From: Spirochaetota bacterium
Lineage (GTDB): Bacteria > Spirochaetota > UBA4802 > JAFGDQ01
DNA length: 64,000 bases
Assembly (NCBI GenBank): GCA_043803405.1
Contig: JAZDKB010000019.1
Location: 160,001 to 224,000 of the forward strand
Direction: 5' to 3'
The translations under genes and the position numbers were made by a program. Below are positions 29,515 through 39,496 of this stretch, one piece after another; the stretch's first letter is position 1, and every line of letters starts with the position of its first letter. Below the pieces are notes generated by a model. It had not been told where the DNA came from. It saw only the letters and a program-made list of their open reading frames with translations, and searched no databases.

Positions 29515-30594
29515 GTGATAGTTGTATTGTTTATTCTGGGTGTAGTTTTGTTGCTGGTGGGCGGCGAATTATTAGTGCGTGGGGCGTCACGCCTTGCAGT
29601 CGCATTAGGTATCTCACCTCTGATTGTCGGGCTTACCATTGTAGCTTTTTGTACCAGTGCCCCTGAATTATCTGTTACCCTTCAAGCGGCCTATGCCGGT
29701 ACAGCTGATATTGCGCTGGGGAATGTCATTGGAAGCAATATTGCAAATATTCTATTAATTCTCGGTATAAGTGCAGCTATTATACCGCTGATCGTTTCAC
29801 AAAAATTATTACGAGTAGATGTGCCCTTGATGATTGGCATAACTGTTCTCCTGTATGTGTTAGGCCTGGATGGGAAAATCAGCCGTTCTGAAGGTTTCTT
29901 GCTTTTTGGGGGCATTGTTGCTTACGTTGCATATGCGATCTGGCAAAGCCGTCATCCGGAGCCGGGTGTACAGAAAGAATATGCACAGGAATATGGGGAG
30001 GAGCCTGCGAAAGCGAAGCGTCAATGGGGTCTCAACCTTTTATTTATTGGAATTGGCGTATTGATGTTGGTATTTGGTGCGACATGGCTGGTAGAAGGGG
30101 CTGTTGCCTTCGCCAAGGCATTGGGATTAAGTGAGTTGATCATTGGATTAACTGTCGTAGCTATTGGGACATCTTTGCCTGAAATTACAACTTCGATTAT
30201 AGCAAGTAGACACGGGGAGAATGATATAGCAGTCGGCAATGTTATAGGAAGCAATATCTTCAACATTTTGTCGGTCTTGGGAATAACGGCTATAATAGCG
30301 CCTGATGGAGTTCCCGTAGCCCGATCAGCATTACACTTTGATATACCAATCTTGATAATTGCCTCTATTGCATGCTTACCGATATTCTTCACCGGGCATC
30401 AAATTTACCGATGGGAAGGTCTCCTTTTTGTGGGATATTACATTATTTACGTCACCCATTTAGTTCTTAATGCGACGGCCCACGAGGCGCTTTTATTATT
30501 CGATAATATGATATTATGGTTTATTATACCATTGACGATTATAACGTTAATAATATATTTCTGGAGAAGCTGGCACATTCCTGCAAAACGATGA
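29515..30594 (+). CDS. Calcium/sodium antiporter, YrbG family
   Basis: Two alpha repeats TSAPEL..GNVIGSN and GTSLPE..GNVIGSN. Confidence 0.92.
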   Translation: MIVVLFILGVVLLLVGGELLVRGASRLAVALGISPLIVGLTIVAFCTSAPELSVTLQAAYAGTADIALGNVIGSNIANILLILGISAAIIPLIVSQKLLRVDVPLMIGITVLLYVLGLDGKISRSEGFLLFGGIVAYVAYAIWQSRHPEPGVQKEYAQEYGEEPAKAKRQWGLNLLFIGIGVLMLVFGATWLVEGAVAFAKALGLSELIIGLTVVAIGTSLPEITTSIIASRHGENDIAVGNVIGSNIFNILSVLGITAIIAPDGVPVARSALHFDIPILIIASIACLPIFFTGHQIYRWEGLLFVGYYIIYVTHLVLNATAHEALLLFDNMILWFIIPLTIITLIIYFWRSWHIPAKR

Positions 30595-30702
30595 GCAGTT
30601 CTTCATAGTAATGAGCCGCCTGAAGCCGGCTTGCCCCGGGGAATTTTATTTTCAATGTCGGCAGCGCAGTTTACTCTGCTGAATTTCAGGTTGAAAATAT
30701 TG

Positions 30703-30738
30703 TTGACGATTTATTTAAGTATGATATATTGTCATACT
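30703..30738 (+). promoter_or_regulatory. Promoter/operator of the RHH-MazF TA operon
   Basis: TTGACG -35; inverted repeat AGTATGA-N7-TCATACT over the -10 region. Confidence 0.6.
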
Positions 30739-30751
30739 ATAGGTAACTAAA

Positions 30752-30994
30752 ATGGCAGCTTCAAAAATAGCAATAACAATTGATAATAATATTTTAAAGC
30801 GCCTGGATCTCCTCGTTAAATCAAAGTTATACCCGAATCGAAGCAAAGCAATTCAGGATGCAGTTGCTGAAAAAGTTAAAAAACTTGAAAAGAACCGTCT
30901 CGCTTTGGAATGTGAGAAACTTGATCCTGAATTTGAGCAATCAGTCGCAGAAGAAGGATTTTCGGCGGATATCGAAGAATGGCCAAAATATTAA
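30752..30994 (+). CDS. Ribbon-helix-helix antitoxin
   Basis: KIAITID..L..LD....NRS..I; overlaps toxin start. Confidence 0.85.
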   Translation: MAASKIAITIDNNILKRLDLLVKSKLYPNRSKAIQDAVAEKVKKLEKNRLALECEKLDPEFEQSVAEEGFSADIEEWPKY

Positions 30995-31314
30995 GAGGTG
31001 AAATATACTGGGCTGATTTAAATCCGGTAATCGGACATGAACAAGGTGGATTGCGTCCGGTTTTGATAATAAGTCAGGATGTTTTCAATGAAAAATCGGG
31101 TACAGTCATAGTTATTGCTTTAACCAGCCAGCCTCAAAAAGCCGGTTATCCATTAACATATCAACTAAACAATTTAAAACTGCCGAAGACTTCCTGGGTA
31201 AAAATAAGTCAAATCCGAACGCTTTCAATTCAAAGAATAGGGAAAAAAATCTCTAAAGTATCAGATAACGAGTTAAATCAAATTATTGATGGTTTGAACG
31301 AAATAATTAGTTAA
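30979..31314 (+). CDS. PemK/MazF family endoribonuclease toxin
   Basis: RGEIYWADLNP..GHEQGGLRPVLIIS; SQIRT. Confidence 0.92.
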   Translation: MAKILRGEIYWADLNPVIGHEQGGLRPVLIISQDVFNEKSGTVIVIALTSQPQKAGYPLTYQLNNLKLPKTSWVKISQIRTLSIQRIGKKISKVSDNELNQIIDGLNEIIS

Positions 31315-31332
31315 TAATTCAGCGAGGCAAAT

Positions 31333-32937
31333 ATGATAATCAAATCTGGAATTTCAGCAGTAACAGTTTATAACGACAGGGCAGAGGTTACAAGAACTGC
31401 GTCGGAAAATCTTGATAAGGGCGAGCATGTGCTCATTTTCGATTTTCTTCCTGAATACATTGAACCGAACAGCGTGCAGGTTAGGGGCAGTGGGAACGCC
31501 ATGCTTAAGGACGTTAAATTCAAGACAGTGTATTACGAAGAGCTTCCGGACCCGAACGCAAAGCTCCTGTTCGATGAGAAGCTGAAACTGGCAGAGGCGA
31601 TCTCCGAGCTGGATGATAAGATCGCGCACGCTGAAAAAGAGAAGGGCTTTATTGAGGATATAGCAAAGCGCCTTACTGTTTCCACAGGCAAATCCGAAGC
31701 ATTCGAATTTAATCCCGATAAATGGATTAAGATGGTGGAATTCTACAGGATTAAAAACGACGAGCTCGATAAAGAGATACGCGCTGCAAACAAAGAGAAA
31801 AATATCTTAAAAAATAAAATGGAAAAAATTCTGAAAGATATTGCGGCGGTTGGGAGTACCAGGGAGAAAAGCAAAAACCAGGTTGAGGCGTCTGTTCTGA
31901 TGAACGGGCAGGGCGCTTTGATACTTGATCTGATATATATTGTGTACGGGCCTTCGTGGGCCCCTGTTTATGACCTGCGCGTTTCAACAGACAGCAAGAG
32001 TATGAATATATCCTACCATGCTTTAATACAGCAGAACACGCAGGAAGACTGGAACGATGTAGACTTAAAGCTTTCTACGGCGCGGCCGAACATAAGCGGC
32101 AATCAGCCGGAGCTTACTCCATGGCATATAAGCGTTTACCAGCCGGATTTATTCAGGAACGCGCCTTCTGCTTCTTTAGCAAAGGAAAAGAAAGCTGCCG
32201 CGCCTGCAAGGCAGATGTTTGATGAAGAGGCGTCCAGGATTGCGGACATGGATTCGGTAGTAGGCGGGATGCCTGCTATTGCTCCTGCAGAAGCAACAGT
32301 GGAGACGGGCGCAACATCGGTGCTGTTTGCGGTCGGGGGAAAAAGCACGATCGGGAGCGGAAGCGACCAGCACAAGGTCACGATTTTAAGAAAGGATTTC
32401 TCCGCATATTTCCGCTACTCAAGCGTGCCGAAGCTCGCCCAGTTCGCATATTTAAAGGCAAAAGTAAAAAACGAGACCGAGTATCCGCTGCTCCCGGGCG
32501 AGAGCAACATCTTCCTTGATAATAATTTTGTCGCGAATTCGTATATGAAGCTGGCTGCTCCGGGTGAGGAGTTCTGGACTTTTCTGGGCGTTGATGAAGG
32601 GATGAAGATTGAGTACAAGTTTATCAATAAGTACGAAGCTACAGAAGGCGTGTTCAGCAAAACAAGCAAACTGATGTACGAATACCAGATCATCATTAAG
32701 AACAATAAAAAATCCGAGGCAGATGTTGTTGTCTGGGATCAGATACCGATTTCCGGCAATGAAGAGATAAAGGTCACGCTTATCGAACCAGAATACAAAA
32801 AGGATTCGGACTCGCTCAAGATAAACGAGAACAAATATCTGGAATGGCTCTTTAAACCAAAGCCGGCGCAGGAGATCAAAGTGCAGTTTAAGTTCTCGGT
32901 CGAGTATCCGAAGAACATAGTCGTTTCGGGGCTGTAA
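31333..32937 (+). CDS. MuiA-like DUF4140/DUF4139 protein
   Basis: VTVYNDRAEVTR, W.P.YDLR, QNTQEDW, LSTARP. Confidence 0.85.
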   Translation: MIIKSGISAVTVYNDRAEVTRTASENLDKGEHVLIFDFLPEYIEPNSVQVRGSGNAMLKDVKFKTVYYEELPDPNAKLLFDEKLKLAEAISELDDKIAHAEKEKGFIEDIAKRLTVSTGKSEAFEFNPDKWIKMVEFYRIKNDELDKEIRAANKEKNILKNKMEKILKDIAAVGSTREKSKNQVEASVLMNGQGALILDLIYIVYGPSWAPVYDLRVSTDSKSMNISYHALIQQNTQEDWNDVDLKLSTARPNISGNQPELTPWHISVYQPDLFRNAPSASLAKEKKAAAPARQMFDEEASRIADMDSVVGGMPAIAPAEATVETGATSVLFAVGGKSTIGSGSDQHKVTILRKDFSAYFRYSSVPKLAQFAYLKAKVKNETEYPLLPGESNIFLDNNFVANSYMKLAAPGEEFWTFLGVDEGMKIEYKFINKYEATEGVFSKTSKLMYEYQIIIKNNKKSEADVVVWDQIPISGNEEIKVTLIEPEYKKDSDSLKINENKYLEWLFKPKPAQEIKVQFKFSVEYPKNIVVSGL

Positions 32938-33056
32938 AAAATACGGATGTTTCATATACATAGCAAGGAATACAGAGAATATTTAATACCATCATCGCCC
33001 TGTCCCCAGGGCTGCCTCACGCTAAATTTTTTAGTTGTAAATTGGATATGCTCCCG

Positions 33057-33245
33057 GCCCCCTAACCCCCTGAAGGGGGCATAATTGGAAAGGTGTTGAA
33101 TTGACAATATTTATTTTTAGTGGTTAAAAGGTTTAAAGCAACTAATAAAGAGTAAAATATCAGATAATAAAATACATCTGATTAAAGATATGAGATATAA
33201 TATAAATATTTTCCCGAATATGCCCCCTTCAGAGGGTTAGGGGGC
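33057..33245. mobile_element. 189-bp MITE/REPIN-like element, copy 1
   Basis: Near-perfect 27-bp terminal IR GCCCCCTAACCCCCTGAAGGGGGCATA; second copy at 60837-61025. Confidence 0.8.
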
Positions 33246-33437
33246 TGAAAGGGCAATGGCTATGGAATGCAAGCATGGTTGTCGAAAGCAGATAATAATA
33301 GCAGATATTTAGCATAAGGCAGCCCTGCCTAACCCTGCCTTCTCTCCTCGAGAGAAGGGGGAACTCTACCTCTACTTTTGGAAGTCCCAAAGGGATGCTT
33401 TGCACGGGGTTAGGAGGTTGAGGTTTTACATTATATT

Positions 33438-34097
33438 ATGAAAGAACTGGAAAAAATATTGCAGAGATCGTTGCCAGGCGCCAAGATAGCAGAGTCGTCT
33501 TTTCCGCTTTGCAGGGAATTAAAGCTTTATCTGCTCGATCCGTCCGGCATGGAGAGAGGTTTTTCTTCCGGAGAAGCACAGAATATTTTTGCAGATACTC
33601 CGTTCTGGGCGTTCTGCTGGGCAAGCGGTTACGCTCTGGCTTCGTATATTTTACAGAATCCTGGGATGGTACGGGGACGACGCGTTGTCGACTTCGGTGC
33701 AGGGTCAGGTGTTGTTGCCGTCGCAGCAGCAATGGCCGGGGCGGACGAAGCAGTTGCATGCGATCTTGATTCCAATGCTCTTAAGGCTGCAATACTTAAC
33801 GCGGAACTGAACAACGTAAGCATTACTGTGAGCGAATCTATTGGCAAAAAAGCAAAGAGATACGACCTGCTTACTGCTGCGGATGTTTTATATAATACAA
33901 ACAATTTATTTCTGCTCGATATGTTCCTTGAGCATGCTCAGGAAGTTTTACTTGCAGATTCCCGCGTTAAAGACATTGAACATCCTTTCTATAATAAGAT
34001 TTACGAATGCAGGACATCTACTCTGCCAAGGCTGGGTAATTCCGATGATGAGATCGTAGGGATATATGGAACACGTCCTATTTTTGTAAATAGTTAG
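33438..34097 (+). CDS. SAM-dependent methyltransferase (family 16/PrmA-like)
   Basis: PFWAFCWASG, VDFGAGSG, AADVLY. Confidence 0.85.
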   Translation: MKELEKILQRSLPGAKIAESSFPLCRELKLYLLDPSGMERGFSSGEAQNIFADTPFWAFCWASGYALASYILQNPGMVRGRRVVDFGAGSGVVAVAAAMAGADEAVACDLDSNALKAAILNAELNNVSITVSESIGKKAKRYDLLTAADVLYNTNNLFLLDMFLEHAQEVLLADSRVKDIEHPFYNKIYECRTSTLPRLGNSDDEIVGIYGTRPIFVNS

Positions 34098-34150
34098 AAC
34101 TTTGATTTTTTAATTTCAGTAGTATTGAAAAAAAATACAGCAGAAGAATA

Positions 34151-34651
34151 ATGAAAGACGAAAATTACTGGATAGATAAATTAAAACTGGAGCCGCATCC
34201 TGAAGGCGGCTATTTCAAAGAAATTTACAGATCGCAGGAAATTATTCCAAAGAGTGCTTTACCGGAACGCTTTTCCGGCGACAGGGTGTTTTCTACAAGT
34301 ATATATTTTTTATTAAATAAAAGTAATTTTTCAGCATTTCATCACATTAAGCAGGATGAGCTGTGGCATTTTTACGACGGTTCAGCACTTACGATTCATG
34401 TGATAGATTTGAATTCGGCATATTATGCGGCAAAACTCGGAAGAAATGCTGATGAAGGCGAGTTTCCCCAGGTAATTGTAAATGCCGGGTGCTATTTCGC
34501 AGCAGAAATAAACGACAAAAGCTCGTACACGCTTGCGGGATGCACTGTGGCGCCGGGTTTCGATTTTGCAGATTTTGAAATGCCAGGCAAAAGCAGGCTT
34601 ATTGAGCTATTCCCTCAATACGAGGAAATCATCAGAAAATTTACGAGATAA
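34151..34651 (+). CDS. Cupin_5 (DUF985) protein
   Basis: LEPHPEGGYF, TSIYFLL, DELWHFY, CTVAPGFDF. Confidence 0.9.
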   Translation: MKDENYWIDKLKLEPHPEGGYFKEIYRSQEIIPKSALPERFSGDRVFSTSIYFLLNKSNFSAFHHIKQDELWHFYDGSALTIHVIDLNSAYYAAKLGRNADEGEFPQVIVNAGCYFAAEINDKSSYTLAGCTVAPGFDFADFEMPGKSRLIELFPQYEEIIRKFTR

Positions 34652-34787
34652 TCCTACGATATTAATATTCAATATAGTTGTTGCGAAATGACATTTGAAA
34701 TATGTAACAACTCTAATAACTTAATTTTAAAAAAAATTGTTGCAACTATGTGCATTAAGCAAGTATAGATCGATATAAAAAATACTT

Positions 34788-35018
34788 ATGCGTACAAAAA
34801 ATAATATTTTTTTAATTTTAATAATAACCTTGTCTGTTCTTTGTTGTGAAAAAGACGAAGAAGCCTATAACCAATGCAGAGAAGATTGTGAAAGACACAG
34901 AACAACCTGCAGAAGTTCATGTGCGCAGACATATATCGAGGGATCTGCGTTATATATAAATTGCATGAATAATTGCCAGAATGATTACTCGGATTGCATG
35001 GACGATTGCAATTACTAA
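34788..35018 (+). CDS. Small cysteine-rich putative lipoprotein
   Basis: Signal peptide ending SVLC; two CX3CX6CX3C motifs. Confidence 0.7.
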   Translation: MRTKNNIFLILIITLSVLCCEKDEEAYNQCREDCERHRTTCRSSCAQTYIEGSALYINCMNNCQNDYSDCMDDCNY

Positions 35019-35162
35019 TATTTAAAGCATAAATATAATTTAAATATCCATAGAAAAACTATACTGGCGTTTTTTTATTTCAAGGTGCCTTGAAATAAAA
35101 TATCCCGTCTGCGCCGAAGGCGGAGACCGATGCGATAGTATTGGCAGTTTATTCTTTAAAAG

Positions 35163-35738
35163 CTATGATATAAACCTGGTTTTTTCTTTGACAGGCTTTC
35201 TCGGCATTGGCGCAGGCACAGAGGAGCATTTGCCCAGGCATACAATGGAGATAAGGGCTTTGCCTTCTTCAACGCCTATTATTTTTGCAACATTCTTTTT
35301 TTCAAAAAAAGTAAACCACAGGCTTCCAATTCCCAGCGCATGGGCTGCAAGCATCATATTCTGAATTGCTGCTGCGCACGCGTACTGATAACCGACGCTG
35401 CCGTCATCTTTCATAAAGGCATCTATGCCAGTTTTTTTCGGATCGCCAGTGACAGCGATTAAAACAGGCGCGGATTTTACAAAATCCATTTTGTAACTGC
35501 CTGCCCATTTTTGGCCGCAATCTTTGGCAGCCCAGTCCCGGCACCGTTCGGCCTCTTTGGCAATTTCGTTTTTCATTTCCTGATTTGTTATGACTATGAA
35601 CTGCCACGGCTGCATGTTCATCGGGGATGGGGCAAAAGTACCTGCTTCAAGTATTTTTTCAATCGTCTCGGAGCTGATTGATTCAGATGAATAATCCCTG
35701 CAGCTCCTGCGCTCTTTCATTGCTGTAAATATATCCAT
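35163..35738 (-). CDS. Nitroreductase family protein
   Basis: RRSCR, APSPMNMQPW, IQNMMLAAHALGIGS. Confidence 0.9.
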   Translation of the reverse strand: MDIFTAMKERRSCRDYSSESISSETIEKILEAGTFAPSPMNMQPWQFIVITNQEMKNEIAKEAERCRDWAAKDCGQKWAGSYKMDFVKSAPVLIAVTGDPKKTGIDAFMKDDGSVGYQYACAAAIQNMMLAAHALGIGSLWFTFFEKKNVAKIIGVEEGKALISIVCLGKCSSVPAPMPRKPVKEKTRFIS

Positions 35739-36279
35739 ATTACACCGTCCTTTTATGTTATTTTGAAAATTACATGCATCATAATGATCAGTCAAATTTC
35801 AAATAAGGAAATACACGATATTTTTTAAAACATGCAGGAAACAAAATAGTAATATTAATATTTGTATAAATAGACCGGAAATTTTTTATGAACGCTTAGT
35901 AGTAAGCGTTCATAATCTCCCGAAGTCAATTTAATTTTCATGAGTTTAAAAATATTTTGAAAAATTATGCTCGTGTATCTATTAAATTACGCGGTTTAAA
36001 TGCTATATTGAGTTTCGTTGATAGCAGAGACAACCTTAATTAACAATTAACTATTTTTTTTAATACACGAACCGATCGATTGGTCGCATAATGCATATAG
36101 ATTTATTTTTAATGCGAAACATCTTAATTTTCATTGGCAATAAGGTTCTTTTTTTATTAATTAAATAATTTTTAATATATTTATTGTACATATCTAATTG
36201 ACAAAAATTTTACTTATGTTTTACATTGAGACTCTTTAATATAGACTGGCTTTAAAATTTATCAATAGGAGCGTTCGTT

Positions 36280-37488
36280 ATGAAGAAGGTTTTGTTATTC
36301 TCAATGTTTCTTATTACTTTTTTTGCCTTTACTATTATCGCATTTGCAGCAGACACAATTAAAATAGGTATTGTGGATACTTACTCGGGTCCGGCTACAA
36401 CGTACACGCAGGATGTACTGGACGGATTTAAGTTAGCTGTAGAAAAAATAAATGCAAAGGGCGGAGTACTTGGGAAGAAAATCGAATATGTCACAAGAGA
36501 TGATAAATTTAAACCGGATATCGGTCTTGCAATGGCAAAAGAGCTTGTGCTTAAAGAAAAAGTTGATATTCTTATGGGCACCATAAATAGTGCGTCAACC
36601 CTTGCTGTTTCTGACTTTGCTGAAAAAGAGAAAATTCCTTTTTTCGTAACTTATGCCAAGAGCGATAAGATCACCGGTGAAAAAGGGCATAGATATATAT
36701 TCAATATGAATGAAAATACAGCGATGGCCGGCAGGGCAGCTGCGGTTGCGCTTGCAAAAAAGCCATATATAAAATACTGGATCGCAGGCGATGATTACGA
36801 ATATGGTCATGCAATTGCCAATGCTGCATGGGATAACATTAAGAGACTCAATCCCAGGGTACAAAAGGTCGGGGAATCATGGTGGAAAGTCGGGGAAGCT
36901 GACTTTACTCCGTACATTACGCAAATTATCGCGGCAAAACCGGATTTTATTATAGTTGCTACAGGCGGTTCAGGAATGGTAAACTTCCAGAAGGCTGCTA
37001 AGGCAACAGGGCTGAGCGAGAAAATTCCATTTTATCAGCATACTGCAACAGAACTGGGCACATTATTACCGCAGGGTTTGAATGCGCCTGAAGGCGTTTA
37101 CGGTACAGCTGCATATTTTTTTTACAGCCCGAAAACTCCGGCTAACATGACTTTCGGCGCTGATTTTATGAAAGCATATAAAAGAAATCCGAAAGGCAGC
37201 GCATATTCCGGATATATGACCGCTATGTTCATTGGCGAAGGATTCAAAAAAGCAAAGAAAATCGATAAAGAAGCTCTGATAAATTCTCTTGAAGACATGG
37301 TGCTTGACAGCCCTGTCGGCCAAGTTCAAATAAGAAAATGCGACCATCAGCTGCTGCTTCCTATTTATTTTGGTAAAACTAAAAAAGATCCGAAATATAA
37401 TTTCCTTATATCGGTTGACAATCAGGTAATTTCAAGCAAGGACTATGTATCTCCCTGTGAACAGGTGTTAAAAGCAAGAAAAAAATAA
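36280..37488 (+). CDS. livK: Branched-chain amino acid-type ABC substrate-binding protein
   Basis: Signal peptide; IKIG, INAKGGVLG, DYEYG. Confidence 0.85.
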   Translation: MKKVLLFSMFLITFFAFTIIAFAADTIKIGIVDTYSGPATTYTQDVLDGFKLAVEKINAKGGVLGKKIEYVTRDDKFKPDIGLAMAKELVLKEKVDILMGTINSASTLAVSDFAEKEKIPFFVTYAKSDKITGEKGHRYIFNMNENTAMAGRAAAVALAKKPYIKYWIAGDDYEYGHAIANAAWDNIKRLNPRVQKVGESWWKVGEADFTPYITQIIAAKPDFIIVATGGSGMVNFQKAAKATGLSEKIPFYQHTATELGTLLPQGLNAPEGVYGTAAYFFYSPKTPANMTFGADFMKAYKRNPKGSAYSGYMTAMFIGEGFKKAKKIDKEALINSLEDMVLDSPVGQVQIRKCDHQLLLPIYFGKTKKDPKYNFLISVDNQVISSKDYVSPCEQVLKARKK

Positions 37489-37521
37489 ATAAAACCAAGT
37501 GTGGTTAAAGAGTTTGTTTAA

Positions 37522-38421
37522 GTGGATTTAATATATTCTGTTATACCGCCGGCAATATTCAGCCAGCTTTTCGTTGGCCTAAGCCGGGCGGTAATACTTT
37601 TTATTGTCTCGTCAGGCCTGAGCCTTATTCTGGGGACGCTCCGCATTCCCAATGTCGCGCATGGCTCTCTGTATATGATAGGAGCATTTGCGGCATATAC
37701 GGTCTCAGGCATCTTCTCTGACAGTCCGGCCTCTTTCTGGATTGCGCTTATACTTGCGCCTCTTTTTGTAGCATTAGTAAGTTTTATTTCTGAACGGGCT
37801 CTCTTCCGTCATTTGTATGAAAGAGAGCATCTGATGCTGATGCTGCTCACATTTGCACTCTCTCTTATATTCAGCGACCTCGTGAAACTTACATGGGGTG
37901 CCGAATATAAATCCGTGCCGGTGCCGGAGATCTTTCAGGGATTTGTACCTCTTTTCGGAGGCTTGCCTTTCCCGGTCTACAATTTATTTCTGCTGTGTGT
38001 GGGCCCGGTAGTCGCCTTACTCATGTGGCTTCTTATTAATAAAACGAAAATCGGAAAGATAGCCCGCGCCGCTGCTGTAGACAGGGAAATGGTAGGAGCT
38101 GTCGGAATTAATGTGAGCTGGGTTTTTGCAGGCGTATTTGTTATTGGCTGTTTTCTTGCCGGCCTTGGCGGGGTGCTTGTTGCGCCTACCATTAGCGTGA
38201 CACTCGGGATGGATCATTCACTTATTATAGAAGCATTCCTGATAGTAATAATAGGCGGGCTCGGCAATATATGGGGAGCTCTGCTCGGCGCCCTGATATT
38301 CGGCCTGACGCAGTCAATGGGGATACTCATCTGGCCGAAATTCGGCATTATATTCCCATATCTTGCAGTTGTAATAGTTTTAATATTCAGGCCAAGGGGG
38401 CTTCTCAAATCCGCATGGTAG
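37522..38421 (+). CDS. livH: BCAA-type ABC permease
   Basis: GLSLILG..NVAHG; GINV; IIGGLG. Confidence 0.85.
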   Translation: MDLIYSVIPPAIFSQLFVGLSRAVILFIVSSGLSLILGTLRIPNVAHGSLYMIGAFAAYTVSGIFSDSPASFWIALILAPLFVALVSFISERALFRHLYEREHLMLMLLTFALSLIFSDLVKLTWGAEYKSVPVPEIFQGFVPLFGGLPFPVYNLFLLCVGPVVALLMWLLINKTKIGKIARAAAVDREMVGAVGINVSWVFAGVFVIGCFLAGLGGVLVAPTISVTLGMDHSLIIEAFLIVIIGGLGNIWGALLGALIFGLTQSMGILIWPKFGIIFPYLAVVIVLIFRPRGLLKSAW

Positions 38422-39494
38422 CAGGCAACGTTGTGTTAAAAAATATTTTATCCCCAGGTTATAAAATATGGGCATACGCAGGAATAATGCTGCTTGTATT
38501 TTTACCGGCTGTTTTACCCTTGTCAACTTTCAGATTTTACATATACCTTGCTTCAATAATACTTCTCTATGGTGTAGCAGCTACAAGCTGTAACCTGGCA
38601 CTGGGTTACGGCGGAATATATCAGTTCCATCATACTGTATTTTACGGTATGGGAGCGTACGGAGCAGCTCTTGCTATAACAAGGTTGGATGTTTCGCCGT
38701 GGATTGCTTTTCTATGCGGGCCATTAATATCAGCTTTGCTGGCGCTTGTCATGGGATTAATATGCATGCGGCTTTCGAAGCTGTATTTCGGAATGCTGCA
38801 GATATCTCTCGGATCGCTTGTCTGGGTTGTTGTGTACAGATGGTATTCTTTCACCGGAGGAGATGACGGAATTCACGGCATCCCTATGCCGGATTTGCTC
38901 GCTTCGCCTAAAGGTGCATACTATTTCGTTTTGATTATTTCAGGTCTCAGCCTGTTCCTGATGTATAGAATTATCAAATCTCCTTTCGGGATCACGCTTC
39001 AGGGAATACGCGACAATCCTGTGCGCAGCGAGATGATCGGGATAAACGTCCGGATACATCAGCTTGTTACACTTATTATTGCCGGATTTTTTGCCGGCAT
39101 AGCAGGAGTGCTGTTTATCGTAGTAGACAACACGGTGTTCCCGGATATGATGTTCTGGACGGCATCATTGGAAATGATAATTATGTGTCTGCTTGGCGGG
39201 ATGTATAATTTTTTCGGACCCATAACTGGAGCGGCTATCGTGATTTTCATCAGGACATTTGCAGGCTCGTTCGTGGAATCATTTACTTCATTGTTTATCA
39301 GGATATTCGGGGGCGCATTAAGTGAAACTTCGGTCAGCTCGTTAAAAAGAGTATCGGCCGATTTTTCTTCGTACTGGACTCTGGTGCTCGGAATAATCTG
39401 CATCCTGGTAATATTTTTTGTGCCGAATGGAGTGCTTGGATTTTTTGACAATCTGAAAAACGGGAAGAAAGAGGCATCATCTGCCGGGGAGTAA
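38415..39494 (+). CDS. livM: BCAA-type ABC permease
   Basis: NLALGYGG, TGGDDG, SPFG..LQGIRDN; start set at ATG 38415. Confidence 0.85.
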   Translation: MVAGNVVLKNILSPGYKIWAYAGIMLLVFLPAVLPLSTFRFYIYLASIILLYGVAATSCNLALGYGGIYQFHHTVFYGMGAYGAALAITRLDVSPWIAFLCGPLISALLALVMGLICMRLSKLYFGMLQISLGSLVWVVVYRWYSFTGGDDGIHGIPMPDLLASPKGAYYFVLIISGLSLFLMYRIIKSPFGITLQGIRDNPVRSEMIGINVRIHQLVTLIIAGFFAGIAGVLFIVVDNTVFPDMMFWTASLEMIIMCLLGGMYNFFGPITGAAIVIFIRTFAGSFVESFTSLFIRIFGGALSETSVSSLKRVSADFSSYWTLVLGIICILVIFFVPNGVLGFFDNLKNGKKEASSAGE

Positions 39495-39496
39495 TT

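Noticed and set aside
38271..38414. N-terminal extension of livM
   Set aside because: Overlaps livH; ATG 38415 gives normal translational coupling
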